Part shown: positions 30,966-42,473 of the stretch, piece by piece
How the letters are laid out: the number at the start of each line of letters is the position of its first letter
Position numbering within the stretch: the stretch's first letter is position 1
From: Oscillospiraceae bacterium
GTDB lineage: Bacteria > Bacillota > Clostridia > Oscillospirales > Ruminococcaceae
Length of the DNA: 64,000 nucleotides
Direction: 5' to 3'
Assembly: GCA_012729855.1 (NCBI GenBank)
Contig: JAAYCI010000097.1
Coordinates: forward strand, 12,101 to 76,100
Position numbers and translations under genes: made by a program
Notes under the pieces: model-generated
What the model was told of the DNA's origin: nothing
Seen by the model: the letters and a program-made list of their open reading frames with translations, nothing else
Databases searched by the model: none

Positions 30966-31562
30966 TTATTTGTCGTCGGGTTTATACATATTGGGCGTGG
31001 CGGGCGGGGTTTCCTCGGGCTTTTTCACGGCCAGGGGGTTGTCCAGTTCGGGCGAAAGGGCCGGCTGCGGCTGTTTTTTGAAGCGGTTTTCGTCAATGAC
31101 GCTGCCGTCGGGCAGCACGCTCTTGGGGGCATTGCCACGGTCGTAGCAGCTTACCACAAAGAAGCAGGCGATGATGGCCAGCAGCAGGCGGATGATGAGG
31201 AAGATGTACTGCCACAGGGCCATGCCGGCCAAAGACGGCAGCACCTGCTGCAGTGAGAAGTTGATGATGTTGATTTGGCCGCGGTAGGTGATGAGCTCGA
31301 ACACCACCATGAGGATGGTGACGATGATGACCGCACGGCGGGCGCCCGGGTGCAGCGGCTTATTGGGCGCGGTGAACATCCACACCGCCATGGCGCCGGC
31401 CACGGCGATAAGCGCGGTGGCGTATACCCAGGTGAAGGGTGAGTCTCCAAAACCGGCGCCCTGCAAAACGGCCTGGTCGAAAAACATCTGGTATACGCTG
31501 AGCACCAGGTAAAGGATGCCGGCGGCGAGCCTGAATTTACGGACGCTTGAGCTGGTATTCAT
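30966..31562 (-). CDS. Hypothetical membrane protein (4-5 TM) with a charged C-terminal tail
   Basis: The ORF is hydrophobic. Start set at MNTSSS. I recognise no family. Confidence 0.5.
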   Translation of the reverse strand: MNTSSSVRKFRLAAGILYLVLSVYQMFFDQAVLQGAGFGDSPFTWVYATALIAVAGAMAVWMFTAPNKPLHPGARRAVIIVTILMVVFELITYRGQINIINFSLQQVLPSLAGMALWQYIFLIIRLLLAIIACFFVVSCYDRGNAPKSVLPDGSVIDENRFKKQPQPALSPELDNPLAVKKPEETPPATPNMYKPDDK

Positions 31563-31776
31563 GCAAGTACCCCTTTTCCGGCGGCGGAAAACCCGCGCCA
31601 TTGTTATTCACTAAAATGGACATAAAATAGGTGGATAAATAAACCGCTTTAAATGGCCGCCATGAAAGACCGACGCATATTTCAAGAGATTCTATCACAT
31701 TATACCCCGTTTGTAAATCGTTATCACGCGAGAAAAGGGGGCTTTTTTGCTGAAACCCTGTCGATGCCCGTCGACA

Positions 31777-34347
31777 TCAGGCCTCGACGTCATCGGTATC
31801 GGTGTCGTCATCGTCGGCCGCGCCGGGGTCGGCCTGGGCGGCGGCGTCCTCGGCTTCCAGGCGGGCCAGCTCCTCGGGGGACAGCGCTTCCTCGGCCTCG
31901 GGGGCGTCGGGCAGCGCGGTTTCGGCCTCGTCGTCGCGCTCGGCGCGGGCCATCATCACCACACGGTCGCCCTCGGCCAGGCGCATCACCCGCACGCCGC
32001 TGCCGTAGCGGCTTTGCACGTTGATGTCGCACGCGTGCATGCGGATGATGATACCCTCGAGTGAAATAAGCAAAATATCGTCGTTTTCCTGCAGCACCTT
32101 CACGGCGGCCACGCCGCCGCCACGGTAGTTCAAAATGCCCTTGCCGCCGCGGCGCTGCACGCGGTATTCCTCCACGGCGGTGCGGCGGCCCTTGCCGGCC
32201 TCGCTCACGGTCATCAGCGTGGCGCCCTCGCGCACGGCCGACACGCCCACCACCCAGTCGTCCGCTTCCATGCGAATGGCGCGCACGCCCCGGGAGTTGC
32301 GGCCCAGCGGGCGGGCGTCGCTCTCCTGGATGCGGATGGCGCGGCCACCGTGGGTAGCCACCAACAGTTCCGTCTGGCCGGAAGTGATGCGCGTCCAGGC
32401 CAGGGCGTCGCCGTCGTCCAGCCGAATGGCGATGAGCCCGCTTTTGCGGATGTTGCGGTAGGCCGACAGCGGGCTGCGCTTGATGAGCCCGTTTTTGGTA
32501 ACCATGGTGACAAAGCCGTCCTCGCGGTCCTTGGGTACCCGCAGCATATTGGTTACCTTTTCGTCGGTTTGCAGCTGCAGCAGGTTTACGATGTTGGTGC
32601 CCTTGGCGGCCCGGCTGCCGGTGGCCACCTGGTAACCCTTCAGGCGGAAGGCGCGGCCAATGTCGGTGATGAAGAGGATATGGTCGTGCGAGGAAGCGAC
32701 GAACAGCTCCTCCACAAAATCCTCTTCCTTATGGGACAGCCCCGTAACGCCCCGGCCGCCCCGCTTCTGGCTTTGGTACTCGCTGGTGGCCATACGCTTG
32801 ATATACCCCGCGTGGGTGAGGGTGAAGACGCACTCCTCCTCGGGGATCAGGTCTTCAATATCCACCTCGCCGCTCACGGCGGCGATATCGGTGCGGCGGT
32901 CGTCGCCGTATTTGTCTTTAAAGGCCAGCAGCTCTTCCTTCACCAGCGCCCGCACGCGTTCTTCGCTGGCCAGAATGGTTTCCCAGCCGGCTATTTTGGC
33001 CATCAGCTCCCGGTATTCGTTTTCAATCTTTTCAATCTCCAGCCCGGCCAGCTGGCCCAGGCGGAAGGCCACAATGGCGGTGGCCTGGGGGTCGTCGAAG
33101 CCGAAGGTGTCCATGATGGCCTTTTTGGCCTCGGCCGACGCGCCTTTGGTGCCGCGGATGGTGGCGATGACCTCATCCACAATGTCGATGGCCCGGCGCA
33201 GGCCGTCCAGGATATGGGCGCGGTCGCGTGCGCGTTTCAGGTCGTACTCGGTGCGCCGGCGGATGACCTCGGCCTGGAAGTCCACATAGCGCACCAGCAT
33301 GGTTTTCAGGTCCATCACCTTGGGCTGGCCGTCGTCCAGCGCCAGCATGATGACGCCGATGGAGTCCTGCAATTGGGTAAGGTGGTAGAGTTGGTTCAGC
33401 ACTACCTGGGGGTTGGCGTCGCGGCGTACCTCAATAACCACCCGCATGCCCTTGCGGTTGCTCTCGTCGTTGATATCGGTGATGCCCTCAATGCGTTTTT
33501 CCTTCACCAGGCGGTCGATGTCCTGCAGGAGCTTGGCCTTGTTCACCATGTAGGGCAGCTCGGTGATGAGGATGAGGAAGCGGCCGTTCTTTTGCTCCTC
33601 TATTTCGGCCAGGCCCCGCAGTACAATTTTGCCCCGGCCGGTGGCGTAGGCCGAGCGGATGCCGCTGCGCCCCATGATGATGCCGCCGGTGGGGAAGTCG
33701 GGCCCGGTGATGTGCTCCATCAGGCCGGGCAGATCGATGTCGGGGCTGTCGATGACCGCCACCGCGCCGTCGATTACCTCGCTGAGGTTGTGGGGCGGGA
33801 TGTTGGTGGCCATGCCCACGGCAATGCCGGTGCTGCCGTTGCACAAAAGGTTGGGGTAGCGGGCCGGCAGCACGCTGGGCTCTACCTTGCTTTCGTCAAA
33901 GTTGGGCACAAAGTCGATGGTCTCCTTGTCAATGTCGGTCATCATCGACACGGCCATGCGGCTCATGCGGGCCTCGGTGTAACGGTAGGCGGCCGGGGGG
34001 TCGCCGTCCACGCTGCCAAAGTTGCCCTGGCCCTCCACCAGCGGGTACCGCATGCTGAAATCCTGCGCCAGGCGCACCATGGCGTCGTAAACGCTGGCGT
34101 CGCCGTGGGGGTGGTAGCTGCCCAGCACGCTGCCCACCGTGTCGGCCGATTTCTTGAACGGGTGCGAGGGGTCGTTGCCACGCTCGTGCATGGTGTAAAG
34201 GATACGGCGGTGCACCGGTTTCAGGCCGTCGCGCACGTCGGGCAAAGCGCGGGCCACGATGACCGACATGGAATAGTCGAGGAAGCTGTCCTTCATCTCC
34301 TTTTCTATGTCCCGCACAATCAGGGTTGAGTTGGGGTAGTCCTCCAT
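31777..34347 (-). CDS. gyrA: DNA gyrase subunit A, with an acidic C-terminal tail
   Basis: [31 protein letters not shown] and the GyrA-box region, plus synteny after gyrB. The start could instead be the TTG at 34371. Confidence 0.96.
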   Translation of the reverse strand: MEDYPNSTLIVRDIEKEMKDSFLDYSMSVIVARALPDVRDGLKPVHRRILYTMHERGNDPSHPFKKSADTVGSVLGSYHPHGDASVYDAMVRLAQDFSMRYPLVEGQGNFGSVDGDPPAAYRYTEARMSRMAVSMMTDIDKETIDFVPNFDESKVEPSVLPARYPNLLCNGSTGIAVGMATNIPPHNLSEVIDGAVAVIDSPDIDLPGLMEHITGPDFPTGGIIMGRSGIRSAYATGRGKIVLRGLAEIEEQKNGRFLILITELPYMVNKAKLLQDIDRLVKEKRIEGITDINDESNRKGMRVVIEVRRDANPQVVLNQLYHLTQLQDSIGVIMLALDDGQPKVMDLKTMLVRYVDFQAEVIRRRTEYDLKRARDRAHILDGLRRAIDIVDEVIATIRGTKGASAEAKKAIMDTFGFDDPQATAIVAFRLGQLAGLEIEKIENEYRELMAKIAGWETILASEERVRALVKEELLAFKDKYGDDRRTDIAAVSGEVDIEDLIPEEECVFTLTHAGYIKRMATSEYQSQKRGGRGVTGLSHKEEDFVEELFVASSHDHILFITDIGRAFRLKGYQVATGSRAAKGTNIVNLLQLQTDEKVTNMLRVPKDREDGFVTMVTKNGLIKRSPLSAYRNIRKSGLIAIRLDDGDALAWTRITSGQTELLVATHGGRAIRIQESDARPLGRNSRGVRAIRMEADDWVVGVSAVREGATLMTVSEAGKGRRTAVEEYRVQRRGGKGILNYRGGGVAAVKVLQENDDILLISLEGIIIRMHACDINVQSRYGSGVRVMRLAEGDRVVMMARAERDDEAETALPDAPEAEEALSPEELARLEAEDAAAQADPGAADDDDTDTDDVEA

Positions 34348-34557
34348 CGGGACTCTTCTATCCTTTTCCAATGAGCCGTTCCCTCTCTTTGTTTTCCCGT
34401 AGTTTGGCTTGTTATCGCCAAAAATAAATGGTGGGAAATTCGGTGGTTAATGCGAATGGCGGCCGTGTGGCCGCAGGCAGAGGCCATGGGCCCTGCTAAA
34501 AACGCGCCCGGGATAAATCGGATTTAATTATCCAATAAATACTTTTAAATACCGGTG

Positions 34558-36573
<2,016 letters not shown>

Positions 36574-36665
36574 CTATTATTCGGGTATTTTGTTGTTATT
36601 TAAACAGAACCAATAATGCCCTGTAAATATAAAAAATACTGGGCTGCCGTACAGCCATCCGGTTG

Positions 36666-36923
36666 TCACAGCGCCGAAGCTTCCAGCCGCTTTTTAAGCG
36701 TGGCGGTGGATATCTGGCTGATATAGACGCGGCTTTCCTTGGGCCGGCCGGCCACCACAAAGCTTTTGGGCAGCTCGGTGGATACATTCACCACCCGCCC
36801 CGAGTTTTCGGCCGTGGCCAAAAACTCGCGTGTTTTTTTGCCCAGCGTGGCGGTGTCCAGGTCGAACAGGCCAAGGATCTCTTCGGTGTGCACAAGGGTG
36901 TCTTGCCCCAGATGCAGGTACAT
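36666..36923 (-). CDS. remB: DUF370 protein, RemB/YaaB-like
   Basis: MYLHLGQD...ILGLFD...S.ATLKKR resembles B. subtilis YaaB. It sits at the conserved position between recF and gyrB. Confidence 0.8.
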   Translation of the reverse strand: MYLHLGQDTLVHTEEILGLFDLDTATLGKKTREFLATAENSGRVVNVSTELPKSFVVAGRPKESRVYISQISTATLKKRLEASAL

Positions 36924-36968
36924 AGCGCCCTCCCATAAAAATAGGTTAAATTAGAATTAAATGATGAT

Positions 36969-38051
36969 TTATTCTATTATCTGCCCATTTTTTATCTGCA
37001 CCACCTTGCCGGCGGTGCGGCTGAAAGCAGAAGCGTCGCAGGTGGTTACAAAGCTTTGGCCGGTGTTCATATGCTTCAGCAGGTAGGCCTGGCGGGTCTC
37101 ATCCAGTTCGCTGAGCACGTCGTCCAGCAGCAGCACCGGGGCCTCGCCCGTTACCTGCCCGGCCACGGCGGCCTCGGCCAGCTTCAGGCTGAGCACCGCG
37201 CTGCGCTGCTGGCCCTGGCTGGCAAACTGGCGGGCACTTTGCCCGGCCAATACCACGTCAAAATCCTCCCGCTGGGGGCCGGCGGTGGAAAACCCGGCGC
37301 GTACGTCTGTGGGGCGCACGGCGGCCAGCTTTTCGGCCAAGGCGCCCTCCGCCGCGCTGGGGGAAAAGCGGATGGCCAGGCTTTCGGCGCCGCTGGAGAG
37401 TTCTTCGTAATACCGCTCGGCGGCGGGGCCTGCCTGCGCCAGGTACTGGGCCCGGCGGCGGGTGATCTCGCTGCCGGTGGCGGCCAGCGTGGTGTCAAAG
37501 GCGTCCAGCAGGGCGTCAGCGTCGTGGGTGGCGTGGTAGTGCCGAAGCAGGGCGTTTTTTTGGGTGAGCGCCCGGGTGAACCGCCGCAAAATGCCAATGT
37601 AGCCGGGGTAAAGCTGGCAGAGGGCGGCGTCCAGAAAACGGCGGCGGCCCTCCGGCCCGGCTTTGATCAGGCTAAGGTGCCCGGGCTCAAACACCACGGC
37701 GGTGAAGATACCGGCAATGGCGGTGGCGCGGCCATAGTCCACCCCGTTCACTTTGGCAAAGCGGCCCCGCTTTTGTGCGGCGGCGCCGGCGATGGTCAGC
37801 TCTATTGCGCTCTCGCGCCCGCCGGTGTGGCAGTGGCCGGTGATGTGGGCCATTTCCTCGCCGTGCCGCACCAACTGCTGGTCCTTGGCGCCGCGGAAGC
37901 TTTTGCCGCCGGTAAGCAGGTAGACACACTCCAGCAGGTTGGTTTTGCCCTGGCCATTCTCGCCGGCAATCACCGTAAGGCCGGCGTGGGGCACAAATGT
38001 GGCGGCGGCTATATTGCGGCAATTTTGCACGGTGAGCGTGTTGAGCCTCAT
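36969..38051 (-). CDS. recF: DNA replication and repair protein RecF
   Basis: Walker A GENGQGKTNLLE, an SMC-like signature and LLLDDVLSELD. Confidence 0.95.
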   Translation of the reverse strand: MRLNTLTVQNCRNIAAATFVPHAGLTVIAGENGQGKTNLLECVYLLTGGKSFRGAKDQQLVRHGEEMAHITGHCHTGGRESAIELTIAGAAAQKRGRFAKVNGVDYGRATAIAGIFTAVVFEPGHLSLIKAGPEGRRRFLDAALCQLYPGYIGILRRFTRALTQKNALLRHYHATHDADALLDAFDTTLAATGSEITRRRAQYLAQAGPAAERYYEELSSGAESLAIRFSPSAAEGALAEKLAAVRPTDVRAGFSTAGPQREDFDVVLAGQSARQFASQGQQRSAVLSLKLAEAAVAGQVTGEAPVLLLDDVLSELDETRQAYLLKHMNTGQSFVTTCDASAFSRTAGKVVQIKNGQIIE

Positions 38052-38147
38052 GCCTTCTCCATGTTATATAAAGTGTGATGAATCACTATTTATTAAACCA
38101 ATTAATTATAACAGAAAATAGTGATAAATGCGTGATTAAATAAACGG

Positions 38148-38375
38148 TTAATGGTTTTTTTCGGTTACTTTAAACGGTTCGGCGGCGCCTTGTTTAAAAG
38201 TGACCACGTCCCCCGGCCGCAGCTTTTTGCCGCGCTGGGTGCACACATCGCCATTCACCAAAACGTCGCCAGATTGTATCAGCCATTTGGCCTGGCCGCC
38301 GGTTTGGCACAGGGCCGCCAGCTTGAGAAAGGCATCCAGCTTGATGTACGCTGTGTGTATGGGTATCTCAGTCAT
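38148..38375 (-). CDS. yaaA: S4-domain RNA-binding protein YaaA
   Basis: [32 protein letters not shown]...[11 protein letters not shown]. It overlaps the dnaN stop by 8 nt. Confidence 0.85.
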   Translation of the reverse strand: MTEIPIHTAYIKLDAFLKLAALCQTGGQAKWLIQSGDVLVNGDVCTQRGKKLRPGDVVTFKQGAAEPFKVTEKNH

Positions 38376-39468
38376 TTTTAAACCGCACGGGCAGTACCAG
38401 GAACAGGAAGTCATCACCCTCGGCCGGCAGAATTTTGGCGGGGGACAACGGGCCCGACAGCTCCAACACCACACGGTCGCACCCGGCGTTGCGCAACGCG
38501 TCCAGCAGGTAGCGGTAGTTGAAGCCTATTTCCACGTGGTCGCCCTCTATCTCGGCGGGCAGCTGGTCGCTCACCCGGCCCAGCGGTGTTTGGCAGCGGA
38601 TGTCGATAACCTCGCCAAAGCTGACGCGCAGCGGGTTTTTCAGCCGCTCGGTGATGATGACGCTGCAGCGCTCGATGGCGGCTTCAAACGCGGGCACGTC
38701 TACCACCACGCGGGTTTTAAAGCCCTCGGGCAGCACGGTTTTATAGTTGAGGAATTCGCCCTCTATCAGGCGGCTCATCACGGTATAGTTGCCGCCCGAG
38801 AACACCACATAGCGCTTGTTGGCGTCCACCCGTATATTTTCGCCGGCGTCGCCCATCAGGCGGGAAACCTCGGCCGCGGTTTTGGCCGGCACCACAATGC
38901 TTATTTCGCGGTCGGTGATGACCGGGTGTTTGGTAATGGCCAGGCGGAAGCCGTCCAGCGCGACGATGGTGACCTCGCCCGGCTCGATGGAAAACAGCGC
39001 GCCGGTGTGGGCGGGTTTTTTATCGTCGGTGGAAACAGCGTACAGCGTCATGCCCAGCATGCCGGCCAGCTCGGCGGCGTCTATCTCAAAGGCGTGGTCG
39101 GCGCCGGGGGCGGGCAGGTCGGGAAAATCGGCGGCGCTCATGCCCAGGATGTCAAACTCAGTAATTCCGCCCGTGATGCGGGTGGACAGGCTTTCCTCGC
39201 TAGAGACTGTCAATTCCTCGGCGGGCAGGCTGCGTACCATCTCGCCCAACAGTTTGGCCGGCAGCACAATCTCGCCCGGTTCGGTCACATTGGCCTCCAG
39301 TGTGGTGGTAATGGCCATCTCCAGGTCGTAGCCGGTCAGCTCCAGCTTGAAGCCCTCGGCACGTATGAGGATGCCCTGCAGTACCGGCACGGCCGAGGTG
39401 GCGGTAACGGCGCGGGACACACCCGCTACGGCAGAGGCCAGCGCTTTTGTGTTGCATGTAAATTTCAT
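38368..39468 (-). CDS. dnaN: DNA polymerase III beta sliding clamp
   Basis: 366 aa with the typical three-domain beta-clamp sequence, and synteny after dnaA. Confidence 0.96.
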   Translation of the reverse strand: MKFTCNTKALASAVAGVSRAVTATSAVPVLQGILIRAEGFKLELTGYDLEMAITTTLEANVTEPGEIVLPAKLLGEMVRSLPAEELTVSSEESLSTRITGGITEFDILGMSAADFPDLPAPGADHAFEIDAAELAGMLGMTLYAVSTDDKKPAHTGALFSIEPGEVTIVALDGFRLAITKHPVITDREISIVVPAKTAAEVSRLMGDAGENIRVDANKRYVVFSGGNYTVMSRLIEGEFLNYKTVLPEGFKTRVVVDVPAFEAAIERCSVIITERLKNPLRVSFGEVIDIRCQTPLGRVSDQLPAEIEGDHVEIGFNYRYLLDALRNAGCDRVVLELSGPLSPAKILPAEGDDFLFLVLPVRFKND

Positions 39469-39746
39469 AAGGTGCCCCGCTTTCTGGTTTTGAAGTGGGA
39501 GAAGGCGTAAAAATAAAAATGGTGCAAAACAAACGGTTATTTGTTTTTAAAGTAGTAGCAGTAGTAGGGGCTGTTGGAATGGTTGAAAACGGTTAAAATG
39601 ATTATAGCCTTGTAAAATGTGGGTAATGTTTGGGTAAGGAAAAGTGGTGGGAAGTTTTGTGGAATAAAGTGCGTGGGGCAGAGGGCCGGGGGTTTTGTGG
39701 GAAATGTGGTGTTGGAAGTTGAAAGGATGGTTGAAAACTATGGCGG
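39469..39746. other. Candidate oriC unwinding module in the dnaA-dnaN spacer
   Basis: Read on the minus strand, it contains DnaA-box-like 9-mers TTACCCACA (39618-39626), TATTCCACA (39658-39666) and TTTCCCACA (39696-39704). These are followed by a GC cluster, a trio array and an AT-rich stretch (39507-39552). Confidence 0.7.
39553..39567. other. DnaA-trio-like array (TAG TAG CAG TAG TAG on the plus strand)
   Basis: The trinucleotide periodicity lies directly next to GGGGC and sits between the box cluster and the AT-rich segment. This is the arrangement described for B. subtilis oriC. Confidence 0.55.
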
Positions 39747-41039
39747 CTAATTGCGCACGTTTTTAATGATGTCTTCGATAAGCTCACGCATGTGGGTGTC
39801 GTTCTTCATGCGGGCGGAGATGGTGTTGCAGGCGTACACCACGGTGGAATGGTCCCGCCCGCCAAACTGGGAGCCTATTTCCTCCATGCTGATGCCGGTA
39901 ATTTCCCGCACGCAGAACATGGCCACCTGCCGCGCGGTGCTGATATTGGCGTTGCGCTTGCGGCTGCGGATATCCTCGGGCGAAACACTGTAGGTGCGGG
40001 CCACCTCGTTGGTAATTTTTTCAATGGTTACCGGCAGCGGCTGGGTCTCGTTCAAAATATCCTTGATGGCGTTCTGCGCGGCGCCAATAACCGGCTGGAT
40101 ACCCTCCAGCAGGTAGTAGGCGTTCAGCTTTTTAACGGTGCCTTCCAGCTGGCGGATGTTGTTCTTCAGCCGGTTGGCAATGAAGTCGGCCACATCGTCG
40201 GGCAAATCAAGATTGAGCAGGGCGGCCTTGCGCCGGATGATGGCTACCCGGGTCTCGAAATCGGGGGGCTGGATGTCGGCGGTGAGGCCCCACTCGAAGC
40301 GGGTGCGCAGCCGGTCGTCCAGGCTTTTTATCTCGCGGGGGGGGCGGTCGCTGGCCAGCACAATCTGCTTGCCGGCGTTATACAGTGTATTGAAGGTGTG
40401 GAAGAATTCCTCCTGGGTGGATTCCTTGCCGCCGATGAACTGCACGTCGTCCACCAGCAGGATATCCACCGTACGGTATTTGTCGTGGAATTCGTTCATC
40501 TTCTTTTCCTGGATGGCGGTGATGATCTCGTTGGTGAAGCGGTCGCCGTCCACATAGCTTATTTTAAAATCGGGGTGGGTGCTGGCAATCTCGTACTGAA
40601 TGGCGAAAAGCAGGTGGGTTTTGCCCAGGCCCGAAGCGCCGTAGATGAACAGCGGGTTCCAGGAGTGTGCGGGGTCGGCCGCTACGCTGAGGGCCGCGGC
40701 ATGGGCAAACTTGTTGTTTTGGCCCACAATGAAATTATCAAAGGTATAGTCGTAGCTGCCGCCCGACAATACCGCGGCCTCGGCGGGTTTTTCTTCTTCC
40801 AGCACCAGTTCTATATCCACCGCAAAACCCAGCAGGGCCTGAAAGGCCTCGTGCAGCATTTCAAGGTAGCGCTCGGAAAGTACGCCCCGAACAAACTCGG
40901 AGCGTACACCAATGCTAGCCACGCCGTTTTCGTAAGAAAGCGGCAGAAGGTCTGCAAAAAAAAGGTCGTAGGTGGCAGGGGCCACCCGCTCCCGGCAATG
41001 GTTTTTAACGGCTAAAAATATCTCAACAAAGGAATCCAC
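39747..41039 (-). CDS. dnaA: Chromosomal replication initiator DnaA
   Basis: AAA+ Walker A GASGLGKTHLL and the C-terminal DNA-binding helix RQVAMFCVRE. Start placed at GTG 41039, where the conserved N-terminus begins; the track ORF extends to 41114. Confidence 0.95.
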   Translation of the reverse strand: MDSFVEIFLAVKNHCRERVAPATYDLFFADLLPLSYENGVASIGVRSEFVRGVLSERYLEMLHEAFQALLGFAVDIELVLEEEKPAEAAVLSGGSYDYTFDNFIVGQNNKFAHAAALSVAADPAHSWNPLFIYGASGLGKTHLLFAIQYEIASTHPDFKISYVDGDRFTNEIITAIQEKKMNEFHDKYRTVDILLVDDVQFIGGKESTQEEFFHTFNTLYNAGKQIVLASDRPPREIKSLDDRLRTRFEWGLTADIQPPDFETRVAIIRRKAALLNLDLPDDVADFIANRLKNNIRQLEGTVKKLNAYYLLEGIQPVIGAAQNAIKDILNETQPLPVTIEKITNEVARTYSVSPEDIRSRKRNANISTARQVAMFCVREITGISMEEIGSQFGGRDHSTVVYACNTISARMKNDTHMRELIEDIIKNVRN

Positions 41040-41306
41040 CCGGCCACACCCCCAAAATAGCGCCTGTAAGGACAGGAAGGCGCCCATAACAGAAAAAGAA
41101 TGCAGGATAGCCACCCTGCGTTCCTAAGCTTTATTTATACCTTATTGTAGCATAAAACGGGCTTTAAGGCAACTGTAGCGGCCCTGCTTTGCGTTTGGGG
41201 CAGCGGCAATAAAAAAACACTTTGCAAGGCACGAAAAAAGCCGTTTTTTAAAAGCAAAATAATGGGCGGATAATACATTTTGACAGTTTTTTTGCAAAAA
41301 TGATTA

Positions 41307-41336
41307 TTGACAAGGGCGAGAAGGGTACTGTATACT
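41307..41336 (+). promoter_or_regulatory. Putative rpmH promoter (-35 TTGACA, 18 nt, -10 TATACT)
   Basis: Hexamers at 41307-41312 and 41331-41336, about 115 nt upstream of rpmH. Confidence 0.5.
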
Positions 41337-41452
41337 TATAATTCGCAGGATCAGGCCCTGCCGGTAACCGTGAAAAACGGCCGGGCGTACCTGCTTGGCA
41401 GCCGGTTTATTGCACCCGCACTTTGCGGGTTTCGAATATGGAGGGAAACGGA

Positions 41453-41590
41453 ATGAAGCGGACATTTCAGCCAAAAAAGCGGCAGCGCAGCCGGGAGCAT
41501 GGTTTCCGTAAGCGCATGCGCACGCGCAGTGGGCAGAATGTTATCAAGGCACGGCGCCGCAAAGGCCGGGCCAAATTAACCAATGCCTAG
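41453..41590 (+). CDS. rpmH: 50S ribosomal protein L34 (45 aa; below the ORF-track cutoff)
   Basis: Hand translation gives [54 protein letters not shown] is present, and the gene ends with a TAG stop. Confidence 0.95.
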   Translation: MKRTFQPKKRQRSREHGFRKRMRTRSGQNVIKARRRKGRAKLTNA

Positions 41591-41695
41591 AAAACCGGGC
41601 GTAATCTGGCCGGCGGTACGCTGCCGCCTCGCCCAATTATGTGAGGGGGCCACGCGAAAGCGGGGGCCCTTTTTTCACACTGCCGGTGAAAGCCT

Positions 41696-42052
41696 GTGAA
41701 GTATGAAGCCCTTGTGCGCAACAATGATTTTGTGCGCACCTATAAACGTGGCAAAAGCCAGGTGCATGCCCACGTGGTGGTGTATGTGAACAAAAACCGC
41801 GCCGGGCATACCCGGGTGGGCATTACCGCCAGCAAGAAGGTGGGCGGGGCCGTGGTGCGCAACCGCGCGCGCCGGGTTATTCGCCATGCGCTATACCAGG
41901 TGTTGCCGCCAAACGTGGGCGGTGTGGACCTGGTATTTGTGGCGCGCGGGCAAACCCCCCACCTGAAAAGCCAGCAATTGGCCAAAACCCTGCGCAAGCT
42001 ATTGGGCCGCGCCGGCATACAAACCATAGAACCCCAGCAGGCCACGCCATGA
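41696..42052 (+). CDS. rnpA: Ribonuclease P protein component
   Basis: FVRTYKRGK...GITASKKVGGAVVRNRARR motif, and synteny after rpmH. GTG start. Confidence 0.9.
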   Translation: MKYEALVRNNDFVRTYKRGKSQVHAHVVVYVNKNRAGHTRVGITASKKVGGAVVRNRARRVIRHALYQVLPPNVGGVDLVFVARGQTPHLKSQQLAKTLRKLLGRAGIQTIEPQQATP

Positions 42053-42315
42053 AAAAAGTGCTGATTGCCCTTTTTAAAGGGTATAAAAAATGGATATCGC
42101 CCCATATGGGGAACAACTGCCGGTTTATGCCCACCTGCTCGGAATATGCCATGGAAGCGGTGGAGGTACACGGCGCAGGCAAGGGGCTGCTGCTGGCCAC
42201 CTGGCGTGTTTTGCGCTGCAACCCCTTTGGTAAGGTGGGCTACGACCCACCCCCCGAAAAAGGCCGGTGGAAAAACCCGCAGCGCCGCATTGTGCGGGAA
42301 AGCCGCCACGGATAA
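42049..42315 (+). CDS. yidD: Membrane protein insertion efficiency factor YidD
   Basis: YKKWISPHMGNNCRFMPTCSEYAMEAV..HG. Its start overlaps the rnpA stop (ATGA). Confidence 0.9.
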   Translation: MKKVLIALFKGYKKWISPHMGNNCRFMPTCSEYAMEAVEVHGAGKGLLLATWRVLRCNPFGKVGYDPPPEKGRWKNPQRRIVRESRHG

Positions 42316-42473
42316 CAGGCATGTGAAACACGGTTATTTTATATTAATTTATTATTCTTTTTAAAATAGCAGGAAAATAGCTTAAAATGTCTCTCCTCCC
42401 GGCTGGCCACACCCGCGCCAGGCTGGGTCCAGATAAAACACCAAATATTTGCCGGGGCTGCGCGGGCGGCGGA

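Noticed and set aside
41115-41452. A second DnaA-box cluster upstream of dnaA
   Set aside because: Only one reasonable site (GGCGGATAA, 7 of 9) was found. The region is mostly the rpmH promoter and leader, so I do not call a box cluster here.
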